Source: an uncultured virus (IMG/VR IMGVR_UViG_3300010158_003181) (Duplodnaviria > Heunggongvirae > Uroviricota > Caudoviricetes). From it: DNA of 64,000 bases. Numbering within the stretch: position 1 is the first letter of the stretch; each line of letters opens with the position of its first letter. The notes under the pieces were generated by a model that did no database searches, was not told where the DNA came from, and worked only from the letters and a program-made list of their open reading frames with translations. Made by a program: the position numbers and the translations under genes. The DNA is taken from the IMG/VR virus record IMGVR_UViG_3300010158_003181; one strand, given 5' to 3'. Of this stretch, positions 56,501 to 64,000 are shown piece after piece.

Positions 56501-57621
56501 TATTGTTTTTGTTGATGTAGATATTTGTTATGATATGCTGCTAGTGTTGCATTGACAAAATGTTCAACTTGTGCCGATGAATTAATAGTGGGAAATAAAC
56601 CGTTGGGTACTATGGCATAGTCAATGAGATAACAGGCACCGTCTAATGCAATTTCTTCCAAAGCGCCAAATCTGCAAGTGATCACAGGAGTATTGTAGAT
56701 TAAACTTTCTAATGTACTAATTCCGTAAGTTTCAGGAAATGCTGCAGGATATATCATGAAATTAGATTCAGATAATATCTTTGCAATTTCGTACTGTGGT
56801 ATAATGCCAGTAAATTCTATACCCTTGGCCTGATTATTGACATCATCTGCTAGCTGTCGCCATTTTGTTTCTTGTTCATCAGGTGCATCACCGGAGCTAA
56901 ATCTATAATAGCCTCCAATGATTTTTAATTTTGCCTGTGGCAATTGATGTTTAATCCTTGGCCAAATTTGTTCCACCAAGGGGACCATGCCCTTGCTAAC
57001 AGAAGCATTATATACAAATAAATTTGGGTCTTTAGCTTGTATATCAACTTCGAGATTATAATTCCTAGCACCGTTTCTAGTAATGAATAACTTGCGTTTT
57101 AATACTTCAAAGTTTCTTTTCTTACCATGGTCGCAATTGGCCACATAGGTTGAATGAAAGTCACTGAGTGTAAAAATGTCAGTGATACGATTTGCATTGG
57201 CCAAATCTTCAATCAATAAGTCTCCGAGGCAAAATGTATCATGCATCCATAACACACGCATCTTGGCTTTGCTTAGAATACGATCATATAGATTCATATC
57301 CTTAAATGGCCAAGCTCTTGCATCACCTAATTTCTGATAGTCATTTGGATCTGTAAATGGTATTACAGTCCTAGAACTAATAATTATATCAAAAATATGA
57401 TCTTGTGCAAGATCAGTTAATGGACGATATGTTACGTCATCATATATGCCTGCTTTTGCGTGATCAATATTACAGTTATTGAACACGGTAACATTAAAAT
57501 CTAATTCGGCTAATTCTCGAGCCATTAAAGTAACAGCACTTTCGCTGCCACCTAATCCTTGTTTATCCACAGTAGTACCATCGAATGGTATACCAATAAT
57601 GTCTATTATAGCAATTTTCAT
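53536..57621 (-). CDS. multi-domain glycosyltransferase (GT4, three GT-A domains, FkbM methyltransferase)
   Basis: GLGGSE...ETYGISTLE; IDDCSTD/LDGDD; VPTMW/VNDD; IDSD/GFGC; DIGAC/KMDVQGSE. Confidence 0.85.
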   Translation of the reverse strand: MKIAIIDIIGIPFDGTTVDKQGLGGSESAVTLMARELAELDFNVTVFNNCNIDHAKAGIYDDVTYRPLTDLAQDHIFDIIISSRTVIPFTDPNDYQKLGDARAWPFKDMNLYDRILSKAKMRVLWMHDTFCLGDLLIEDLANANRITDIFTLSDFHSTYVANCDHGKKRNFEVLKRKLFITRNGARNYNLEVDIQAKDPNLFVYNASVSKGMVPLVEQIWPRIKHQLPQAKLKIIGGYYRFSSGDAPDEQETKWRQLADDVNNQAKGIEFTGIIPQYEIAKILSESNFMIYPAAFPETYGISTLESLIYNTPVITCRFGALEEIALDGACYLIDYAIVPNGLFPTINSSAQVEHFVNATLAAYHNKYLHQQKQYYCNIIKDIAGWDSVALQWKQHFFKKTGNYLPADEYREASKINHKVNKIWKRRFHNEIELETYKSNVEQEFVILSPFYNCAHYIEKCILSVATQDYNNYRHILIDDCSTDNSIEVVEYVISKLPIEIQDKFILIKNTTNQGAVKNQIDTIRTLNDGAIVMLLDGDDSLINDNTVLSYYNTVYDADTEFTYGSCWSMVDNIPLISQPYPEKIKQSGNYRNHHFNWILPYTHFRTFRKHLINSIDNNMFQDSQGEWYKAGGDGSVFYALIEAANPNKIKCLQDIVYNYNDINPLNDYKVNSDEQTRTARDIINKTKTTKYSVIVPTMWRVADQFIEFVGKLCEHKSVNEIIIINNDNTKTPSIGLDHPKIRMLDFGTNIFVNPAWNIGVETSRNDKLCIVNDDVVFDTDVFEKLQNMLNEDNGVFGLCPGEPDFNQPPITTKIIDIVPWTGEHTYGFGCLMFIDKKSWIPIPHGLDIYYGDNFIFDLQLRRGKTNYIITNMEFYSQFAATTSDISITGGVLERETHVYEQVRVDMQEIINELPVPIIAPLPVQVKKRILIGIPTARNIEADTFKSIYDLEVPDGYIVDFQYYYGYNIDQVRNLIADWVVNGYDYLLSIDSDIAFDRDILKKLLAHDKDVVSGMYIQRRPGIHVLELYEHNNRGGVSNIPYEKIKGRGLVEIAGCGFGCVLVKAEVFRTVGYPQFKYHSAINHAHTISEDNDFCTKARNNGFHIWVDTTIQCRHIGSFTYQIDNSIPALLDPASATFNSVADRLRFIGNSGTLPTSHTDYLVKIRDQYNYNPIVVYDIGACVLHWTKAAKKVWVNAEVVAFDAMDSAEILYQEAGMKYNIGLLSDTDGREIEFYQNDFDPGGNSYYVENSDINPAAKILYTESHKRKLKSITLDSAVLAGQLPLPDLIKMDVQGSELDILKGATETLKTVNHVILGLQMIEYNKGAPLHNEVIAYMSRLGFECTGMFCDKGPDGDYHFVRK

Positions 57622-57628
57622 ACTATTA

Positions 57629-57656
57629 ATTATACACTACAGGTACTGTGTGTCAA
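57629..57656 (-). promoter_or_regulatory. sigma70-type promoter TTGACA-16-TATAAT
   Basis: consensus hexamers; ATG 7 nt downstream. Confidence 0.65.
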
Positions 57657-57672
57657 TAATATTGAGTATGGT

Positions 57673-60600
57673 TTATCTTAACCGTGGATAAGTCAGTGGT
57701 GGCGGAAGTAAAGGGTCTGTATATCGAGCAATTTGTGTAATTCTTAAATCATCAATATATCCCTTAAATGATAATGAATTATAGGATATTCCAATGTACT
57801 TAAATGGTATTGTGTAATTTGTTGTATTTGTTGTAGAACTAGTAATTGCAGAATTTATATACATAGTTAATATAGATCCAGATCTAACAACTGCTACATG
57901 ATTCCATATATTAACAATCACAGTTCCTGTGGTAACAAATGTGGTATTATCTTTCCAACCAATTTGACTGCCCACAGCATCGTTCACTCCTGTATATCCT
58001 AAATATGCAGATCCCGGAACACTGGTACTAGTAGTCCTAGAATCTAATAATGCCGGTGCGGTAGTTGAGGTACTGTACAAACTAAGTGGGTACATCCACA
58101 TTTCTATTGTAAAATCCCCAGAGCCCAGTGCTGTTAAATTTGTTGCAGTGGTTGTTGAAGTCGAACCTATACCCAATCCATCACCGTCACCATCAAAGTA
58201 TATACTAGTGGCATTATATTTAACAATTGAATTTGAAACTGATATATCACCTATGGAATATATATTATTTTGTGTAGTGGCATCAAATATTTTACTTTCA
58301 GTGGCATTAATTAATAAACTAGTGTTAGCAAATTTAAATTCAATAGCTCCGCTGGAATTAAACACATAAACTTTATAGCTGTTTGTGGTATAAACTCCAG
58401 TTGTACCTGTGGTCAACGGTGCAGTAGTAAGCGTATCTGTATGCCATATAATTACTTTACCTGATCCTCCGGTGCCGCCGGTGCCGCCGCCGCCGTAGTA
58501 ATCGCCGCCGCTGCCGGCTCCCCCGTTGCCAGTGTTTGTGCCGGCTGCAGGTGGACTTAAGGAGTTGGATGGTGTGCCACCTGCAGAAAATGTTGCCGAA
58601 TATGTTGAACTACTAGCAACACTAACATACAGTCCGGAACCACCAACACCGTAAGCTCCTGCACTAGATGCACCACCTGCAGAACCAGCGCCACCACCAC
58701 CGCCACCGAAATAGCTGCTGCGGCCCTGGCCGGCAACGCTGTAGCTGTAACCGCCACTATTCCCTCCACTATTTCCATATCCAATTCCAGAACCATTTAG
58801 TCCCAGTGTATTTTGTGTAGATGTACCAGCCTGGGTTGCCGCCGTTTGATAACTATAGGCATTACCACCACTACCAGAACCACCAGCGAGACCTACGGTA
58901 CCGGCTGCATCCGACCCACCACCACCACCACCTTTAGCTAGAATATTTGGAGGAATATTAAGTCCAACCAGTTGACTATCTTGGCCATTGGTCCGGGAAC
59001 CACCGCCTGCACCCACAGTGATAGTTATTACACCCATGATATCAGTGGCAGTAAAGCTACCAACTGTTAGGCCGCCTGCGCCGCCGCCTGCGCCATATTC
59101 TGTGCCATAGGCCGCACTGGGAGTGTATTGGCCAGTCCCACCACCACCGCCACCTGCTACTACTACATAATTAATTGTAAAACTTGATGATTGAGATCTA
59201 GTGTCAGGTGTTAATGGTGTAACTGGTAATGTATATGTTGTAACACCTCCAGCAGTTGTTATCCGTTCTGAAATAGCGCCTCGTAATATACGTAGATTCG
59301 ATAGATACCCCTTGTAATATCCAAGATTTAGATATGTCGATCTACCTATACTAAAATTATTAGTAATCAATTTAAAATTAGGAGATACAGCAGTATACAA
59401 ACTGCTTAGAACAGTTGTAATTGTAATAGATGTAACAGTAGTACCGGCAGATGTGCCATTGATATACAAAGTTACAGTTGTATTATTTCTAACTAATGCT
59501 ATATGATTCCATGCTCTAAATTTAACTTTTAAATTTTCTGCATCGGTACTTGTAAATGTAGTGGCAGTTCCTAGACTAACTGTACATCGCCCCGAAGTCT
59601 GCAATGCCAAAGACATCCCATCGTTGGTAGACGTAGTAGCTGTACCAAATGTCATAGCACCGGATATGTTATATCGACTATCGATAAAATACACAGTGGT
59701 GCTAATTGGTTCTGGATAAGACCAAAATTCTATACTAAAACTGTTATTTTGAAAATTAACAGCATTAGGATTCACTGTTAAAAAGTCTGTGCTACCATCA
59801 AAGTAAACACTACCACCGGTCAACAGTGTGTTATATGGCCCGGGATTTATAAAGGGAGAGAATCTACGTATTGCAGGAGTACCATTTTGACTAACTGTAA
59901 AATTATAATTGCTTTTGTCAATAAGTGATCCACTTGCAGAAACCAACAAGTTAGTATTATTAACTAACGGAAACGGTGATCTAGGTAATGCAATTATACT
60001 TGATCCATTTAAAAAACGAAAATTTGACATGTAACCCTGGAAATAGTTGGTACCGTCATAGCCAATATATATAGATTGAGTATTATTATACACTGTTCCA
60101 GTGCTGGACGCGGTTACTAAATTACCGCCATTTAACATGCTGGTATAGGTTGATCCGGACCTAGATAGAGATATGTGATTCCAAGTGTTCAAATTAATCA
60201 GAGTGTTAGATATTGGTAGATAATCTGTTCCGAACGTAATAGTTCCACTACCGGTGAATATATATATTCTAAATCCGCCTGTCACAGTGTATGTTACTGG
60301 GCCAATTGTTGTTGCTGGTGCATAGGTATCAGAATAACGAAGAATGACTACTCCCGACCCGCCTCTACTACCCGCAGTCCCTGACTCACCGCCACCACCG
60401 CCACCACCTCCTCCAGTATTTGCGGTGGCGTTTGAGGCAGCCCTGTAATTGTAAGCTGCGCCATAGCCACCGCCATAACTAAGGCCGAAGCCGGTGTAAC
60501 TGCTGTTGCCGCCGCCACCACCTCCTCCTCGGCCAACAGATGTCCCTGTAATAGTCGAATATAATCCTATGCCACCTTCTCCTCCTCCTCCGACCCCGCC

Positions 60601-63600
60601 AGCACCACCGCCTCCGTTGTTATAATAGCTAAAACTGCCGCTAAGACTGCCACCGGCAAATCCTTGCCCAGTTGTGCCAGCACCACCAGTACCGCTACCG
60701 GAGTTGCCTTGAGCACCGCCACCACCACCAGACCCTCCAGCAAGGCCATTACCAACATTATCATAATAACTACTACCACCACCACCACCACCGTTTGCAA
60801 CCACGCTTACATTTGGGCCTGTTATAGAAGAATAGTTGCCAGATTGTCCTGTTCCAAAGAACGGCGTTCCTCCACCATCTCCCACCGTTACGGTATAAAG
60901 GGTAAGAGTTTGTACCGTAAGCGTATTCTCGGCAGATGCTCCGCCTCCAGATGTTTCGACAGATGTTCTATATCCACCAGCACCTCCTCCAGCGCCGCCA
61001 AGACCACCACCACCACCTCCTCCACCACCACCACCAATGACTAGAAAATCAACACTCTGTGGCGGGCGAACTTCAGCAATTGAAGTAGTTACTGTATTTT
61101 GAGCACTTATTTTTAAGTTAAAAGGACTGAGTTCACTAGTGATTGATTTTGTAATAATCGTAGAAGTGGATGCACGAGTTGAATAAAACCAACCCTCTAC
61201 TGTAAAATCTGAACTAATATTGAATACACTGCTGTGTTGAATGCTTAGGTAGTCAGTGGTGCCATTAAAATATGTACTCCAATTTGTTGAGTATGGATTA
61301 AATGATCCTTGTGCCAACATATTCCCATACCCTTGAACAGGATATGATAATATACTTGAATCTTTTAAATATCTATTACCCCATTGTGGACCAAATGTAA
61401 TTGTTCCGCTGCCATTAAGAAATGCATATATTATATAATCATTTTGATATGATATATTATATGCACTTTTATTTCCAACTGCTGCTATTGGCAATGATGC
61501 TAAATGCCAGAAGAATGCAAGACCACCACCGCCGGAATATCCAGCACTTCCACTTCCACCTCCACCATTTCCGCCTATTGGGCCGGCACCGTTAATACCA
61601 CCATTACTATCGCCACCACCAGTGGCAAAAGTATTTGAAAAAGTTGAAGAGCTAGCTATATTAACATATTTTCCAGCAACAACAACTGAACCGTCTGGTG
61701 AGTTAGAAAGATAGACTGTATTCCCACTACCTGTAATATTAACTTTTTTAATATTAGTAGGACGGGTACCTAATCGATCATCATTGCCTACTTGAAATAA
61801 TCCGCCATCATCATGTCCCCAGTCTGCAAACCATAGATATCCTGATGAATCAATGGATCCAAATATATCCATGTCGCTTTGCGTTGAGTACCCAGCAGTA
61901 AAACTACTTTTTCCAATAATTGAACTTGGACCGTAACCTGTGTTTTCTTTCCAACCCGATGTTCCACCATAGTAAAAGTTCCCGTTACTATGGAAAGAAG
62001 AATAACCATCAATTGAAAATAATTGTGTTCCCACTGAATCTTCTTCTGTAGTATTTCCATATGTTTGACCAAATGACACACTGATTGGAAAAGCAACAGA
62101 AGTTAATACGCCTGTGGATAAATTTACTGTAAACAATCTTGCGGAGTTGGTATTCCAACGTCCAATCATAAATTGATTAACACCGTCCGACATTGTCCAT
62201 AAACTGTTGCGGGGCGACGCAGTTCCTATTGCAGCCTGTTCACTTGCTGAAAATGTTCCAGTAGTAAAAGAATTTACTTTATATTTTTGTGTAGACAAGT
62301 TAATCCACACAGTACTACTTGTTGCAGGGAACGTAACTATTGTTGCGCTGGCGCTGCCAGCGTTTATAAACGTAGATCCAGGATAATACGTTACACTATC
62401 AAGTGCTGAATTTGTAATAGTAGCGGCGCTCCCTTGAAATTTGTCCCAGTTGCCGCCCCAAGTATCTGTATTATTTCTAGCAATTACACCTTTACCATCT
62501 GCATCCATGAATAAACTATCATGGTCGTCATTACTATAGAATAATATACTAGTAGTAGCAGCAGTGTATGCTGGGGTTACGCCACCAGTAGTAAACATAG
62601 ACTGCGAAATTGTAGTTCCGAGTGTGTTTTTTACATATGCTACACTAATAGTTATATTGCCACTGGCAGTTGCAAGTATATATTTTAAAAATCCTTTATT
62701 TGGTAACGCAATAAATCCAGTAATAGGAAGTAATGCATCAATGGATGTAATTGGGCCAACTGAGGTAGCGTCATAACTGCTACCTGATATCAATGAAAAC
62801 CCAGAACTAAGACCACTAGTAGCTGCACCAGCGCCACCGCCTTGGGCAACATAGAGACCTCCGCCACCCATGAAACCTGCATGACCCCAATAATTAGGAC
62901 CATTATTTAGTGATAATGTTGTAATACCAGCAGTACCTCCGGGGCTACCACCACCACTGCCACCACTTGCTAATGGGCTATTAACATATGCTCCTGCATA
63001 GCTATAACTTTGTCCAGCACCGCCGCCAGTAGCAGTAATTGTTTGTGCAGTATCGCCGCCTAGTGGTTGTTTTCCGTTAACTGTGGATGATGTACCAGTA
63101 CTTGCAAAGCGGGCAGAGTCATTAGCTGCACCAGCGCCACCTGCACCAATTGTAACAATTAATGTATTACTAAGTAAAGGATTAAACGAATTTACATAAA
63201 GACCACCAGCCCCACCGCCGCCACCGGCATATGAAACACTAGAATAAGTTCCGCCACCCCCACCACCACCACCACCGCCGATGAGCAACATATTAATTTC
63301 ACCAGTTGAGTAACTTACTGATGATTGATTACTTAATAATAAATTATTATATGCAAAATAGGGATCAAATGACTGTGGGGTACTTGCTATATATTTTGTG
63401 TATCGTATAATAACAATACCAGAACCGCCGGGGAAACCACTAGTACCGCCGTTTCCACCACCACCAGTATTTGGGGTACCTGCTGATTCAGCACCACCAC
63501 CACCGCTTGAAGCAGTGCCATCTAAACCAGAGCCACCACCTGCGTATGAAATGCCATTAAGCCAAGTTGCACCATTACCGCCTGTGACACCGCTGCCTGC

Positions 63601-64000
63601 AGATCCAGCACCGCCGCCAGCCCCGTCGCCTCCGGCAAAACCTTGACTAGGATTTGTAACCAGCGCAGCTTGGCCGGAGCCGGGGACCAGAACACCATTA
63701 CCGCCACCGCCTGAACCTCCGGAGTAACCAGCATTACCGCCACCATACGCTGTGGAACTAACACCGTTTCCTATAATTGAGGAATTGCCTCCCGTGTTGG
63801 TTCCACTGTCTGCTATGCCACCCTGTCCCACAGTGACGGTAAATGCATTATTTTTTTGAAAGCTAATGGTACTTGATATATATCCACCAGCGCCGCCGCC
63901 GGACAGCCCACTACCACCACCACCGCCACCCACTATTAAACATTCAGCAATTACATTGTATACTGGGACAAATACTGAAGATGTTGTGGTGAATGTATGA
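57673..64000 (-). CDS. giant Gly-rich virion fibre/adhesin with LamG (concanavalin A-like) domains; 5' end outside the window
   Basis: frame open to the window edge; four GGGGGGG...GGSG(I/V)V modules; three F(T/S)(I/V)E.W.Y...WNH...R...G(Y)..(N/D)(L/F)R LamG modules. Confidence 0.85.
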   Translation of the reverse strand, partial: HTFTTTSSVFVPVYNVIAECLIVGGGGGGSGLSGGGAGGYISSTISFQKNNAFTVTVGQGGIADSGTNTGGNSSIIGNGVSSTAYGGGNAGYSGGSGGGGNGVLVPGSGQAALVTNPSQGFAGGDGAGGGAGSAGSGVTGGNGATWLNGISYAGGGSGLDGTASSGGGGAESAGTPNTGGGGNGGTSGFPGGSGIVIIRYTKYIASTPQSFDPYFAYNNLLLSNQSSVSYSTGEINMLLIGGGGGGGGGGTYSSVSYAGGGGGAGGLYVNSFNPLLSNTLIVTIGAGGAGAANDSARFASTGTSSTVNGKQPLGGDTAQTITATGGGAGQSYSYAGAYVNSPLASGGSGGGSPGGTAGITTLSLNNGPNYWGHAGFMGGGGLYVAQGGGAGAATSGLSSGFSLISGSSYDATSVGPITSIDALLPITGFIALPNKGFLKYILATASGNITISVAYVKNTLGTTISQSMFTTGGVTPAYTAATTSILFYSNDDHDSLFMDADGKGVIARNNTDTWGGNWDKFQGSAATITNSALDSVTYYPGSTFINAGSASATIVTFPATSSTVWINLSTQKYKVNSFTTGTFSASEQAAIGTASPRNSLWTMSDGVNQFMIGRWNTNSARLFTVNLSTGVLTSVAFPISVSFGQTYGNTTEEDSVGTQLFSIDGYSSFHSNGNFYYGGTSGWKENTGYGPSSIIGKSSFTAGYSTQSDMDIFGSIDSSGYLWFADWGHDDGGLFQVGNDDRLGTRPTNIKKVNITGSGNTVYLSNSPDGSVVVAGKYVNIASSSTFSNTFATGGGDSNGGINGAGPIGGNGGGGSGSAGYSGGGGLAFFWHLASLPIAAVGNKSAYNISYQNDYIIYAFLNGSGTITFGPQWGNRYLKDSSILSYPVQGYGNMLAQGSFNPYSTNWSTYFNGTTDYLSIQHSSVFNISSDFTVEGWFYSTRASTSTIITKSITSELSPFNLKISAQNTVTTSIAEVRPPQSVDFLVIGGGGGGGGGGGLGGAGGGAGGYRTSVETSGGGASAENTLTVQTLTLYTVTVGDGGGTPFFGTGQSGNYSSITGPNVSVVANGGGGGGSSYYDNVGNGLAGGSGGGGGAQGNSGSGTGGAGTTGQGFAGGSLSGSFSYYNNGGGGAGGVGGGGEGGIGLYSTITGTSVGRGGGGGGGNSSYTGFGLSYGGGYGAAYNYRAASNATANTGGGGGGGGGESGTAGSRGGSGVVILRYSDTYAPATTIGPVTYTVTGGFRIYIFTGSGTITFGTDYLPISNTLINLNTWNHISLSRSGSTYTSMLNGGNLVTASSTGTVYNNTQSIYIGYDGTNYFQGYMSNFRFLNGSSIIALPRSPFPLVNNTNLLVSASGSLIDKSNYNFTVSQNGTPAIRRFSPFINPGPYNTLLTGGSVYFDGSTDFLTVNPNAVNFQNNSFSIEFWSYPEPISTTVYFIDSRYNISGAMTFGTATTSTNDGMSLALQTSGRCTVSLGTATTFTSTDAENLKVKFRAWNHIALVRNNTTVTLYINGTSAGTTVTSITITTVLSSLYTAVSPNFKLITNNFSIGRSTYLNLGYYKGYLSNLRILRGAISERITTAGGVTTYTLPVTPLTPDTRSQSSSFTINYVVVAGGGGGGTGQYTPSAAYGTEYGAGGGAGGLTVGSFTATDIMGVITITVGAGGGSRTNGQDSQLVGLNIPPNILAKGGGGGGSDAAGTVGLAGGSGSGGNAYSYQTAATQAGTSTQNTLGLNGSGIGYGNSGGNSGGYSYSVAGQGRSSYFGGGGGGAGSAGGASSAGAYGVGGSGLYVSVASSSTYSATFSAGGTPSNSLSPPAAGTNTGNGGAGSGGDYYGGGGTGGTGGSGKVIIWHTDTLTTAPLTTGTTGVYTTNSYKVYVFNSSGAIEFKFANTSLLINATESKIFDATTQNNIYSIGDISVSNSIVKYNATSIYFDGDGDGLGIGSTSTTTATNLTALGSGDFTIEMWMYPLSLYSTSTTAPALLDSRTTSTSVPGSAYLGYTGVNDAVGSQIGWKDNTTFVTTGTVIVNIWNHVAVVRSGSILTMYINSAITSSTTNTTNYTIPFKYIGISYNSLSFKGYIDDLRITQIARYTDPLLPPPLTYPRLR

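Noticed and set aside
636..63764. Numerous short antisense and alternate-frame ORFs in the track (e.g. 12005-12295, 41878-42255, 60664-61044)
   Set aside because: They lie within well-supported genes and lack RBS and motifs; treated as shadow ORFs.
1..64000. CRISPR array, tRNA or rRNA genes
   Set aside because: No regularly spaced repeat-spacer pattern and no cloverleaf with a T-loop motif seen by eye. A tRNAscan run was not possible.
57673..64000. CCA/CCG-rich runs as DNA-level repeats or a diversity-generating retroelement target
   Set aside because: The runs are explained by poly-Gly codons with varied third positions. No reverse transcriptase or adenine-variant template/variable repeat pair was seen.

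Overview
The window is 64 kb of an AT-rich, gene-dense large tailed dsDNA phage genome (jumbo/T4-related myovirus-like), with almost all genes on the minus strand. The host is probably proteobacterial (inferred from DnaK, ClpX, IscU and a phasin-like gene). Family calls are by motif recognition only; no searches were run. Left to right it holds: a sulfation module; a PlcP-like phospholipase and GT4 glycosyltransferase pair interrupted by an antisense endonuclease; hemO-pcyX-like bilin genes; clpS, hsp20 and dnaK; small early-type ORFs; a ParB/DGQHR + HNH cassette; rpsU and clpX; a 13-gene nucleotide-sugar/glycosylation cluster; csp, a CHAP-like hydrolase, grx and iscU; a class Ia ribonucleotide reductase locus crowded with homing-endonuclease genes and remnants; virion genes; a phasin-like island; a multi-domain glycosyltransferase; and a giant Gly-rich LamG protein that runs off the right edge. 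The top candidate for a new system is nrdA, which is split inside its active-site loop. The two halves carry complementary, apparently non-catalytic intein (Hint) fragments that could act as a non-splicing clasp. Other candidates are thermometer-like leaders on dnaK and hsp20, two structured non-coding RNAs, a stand-alone HemA dimerisation-domain mimic, and widespread leaderless transcripts.
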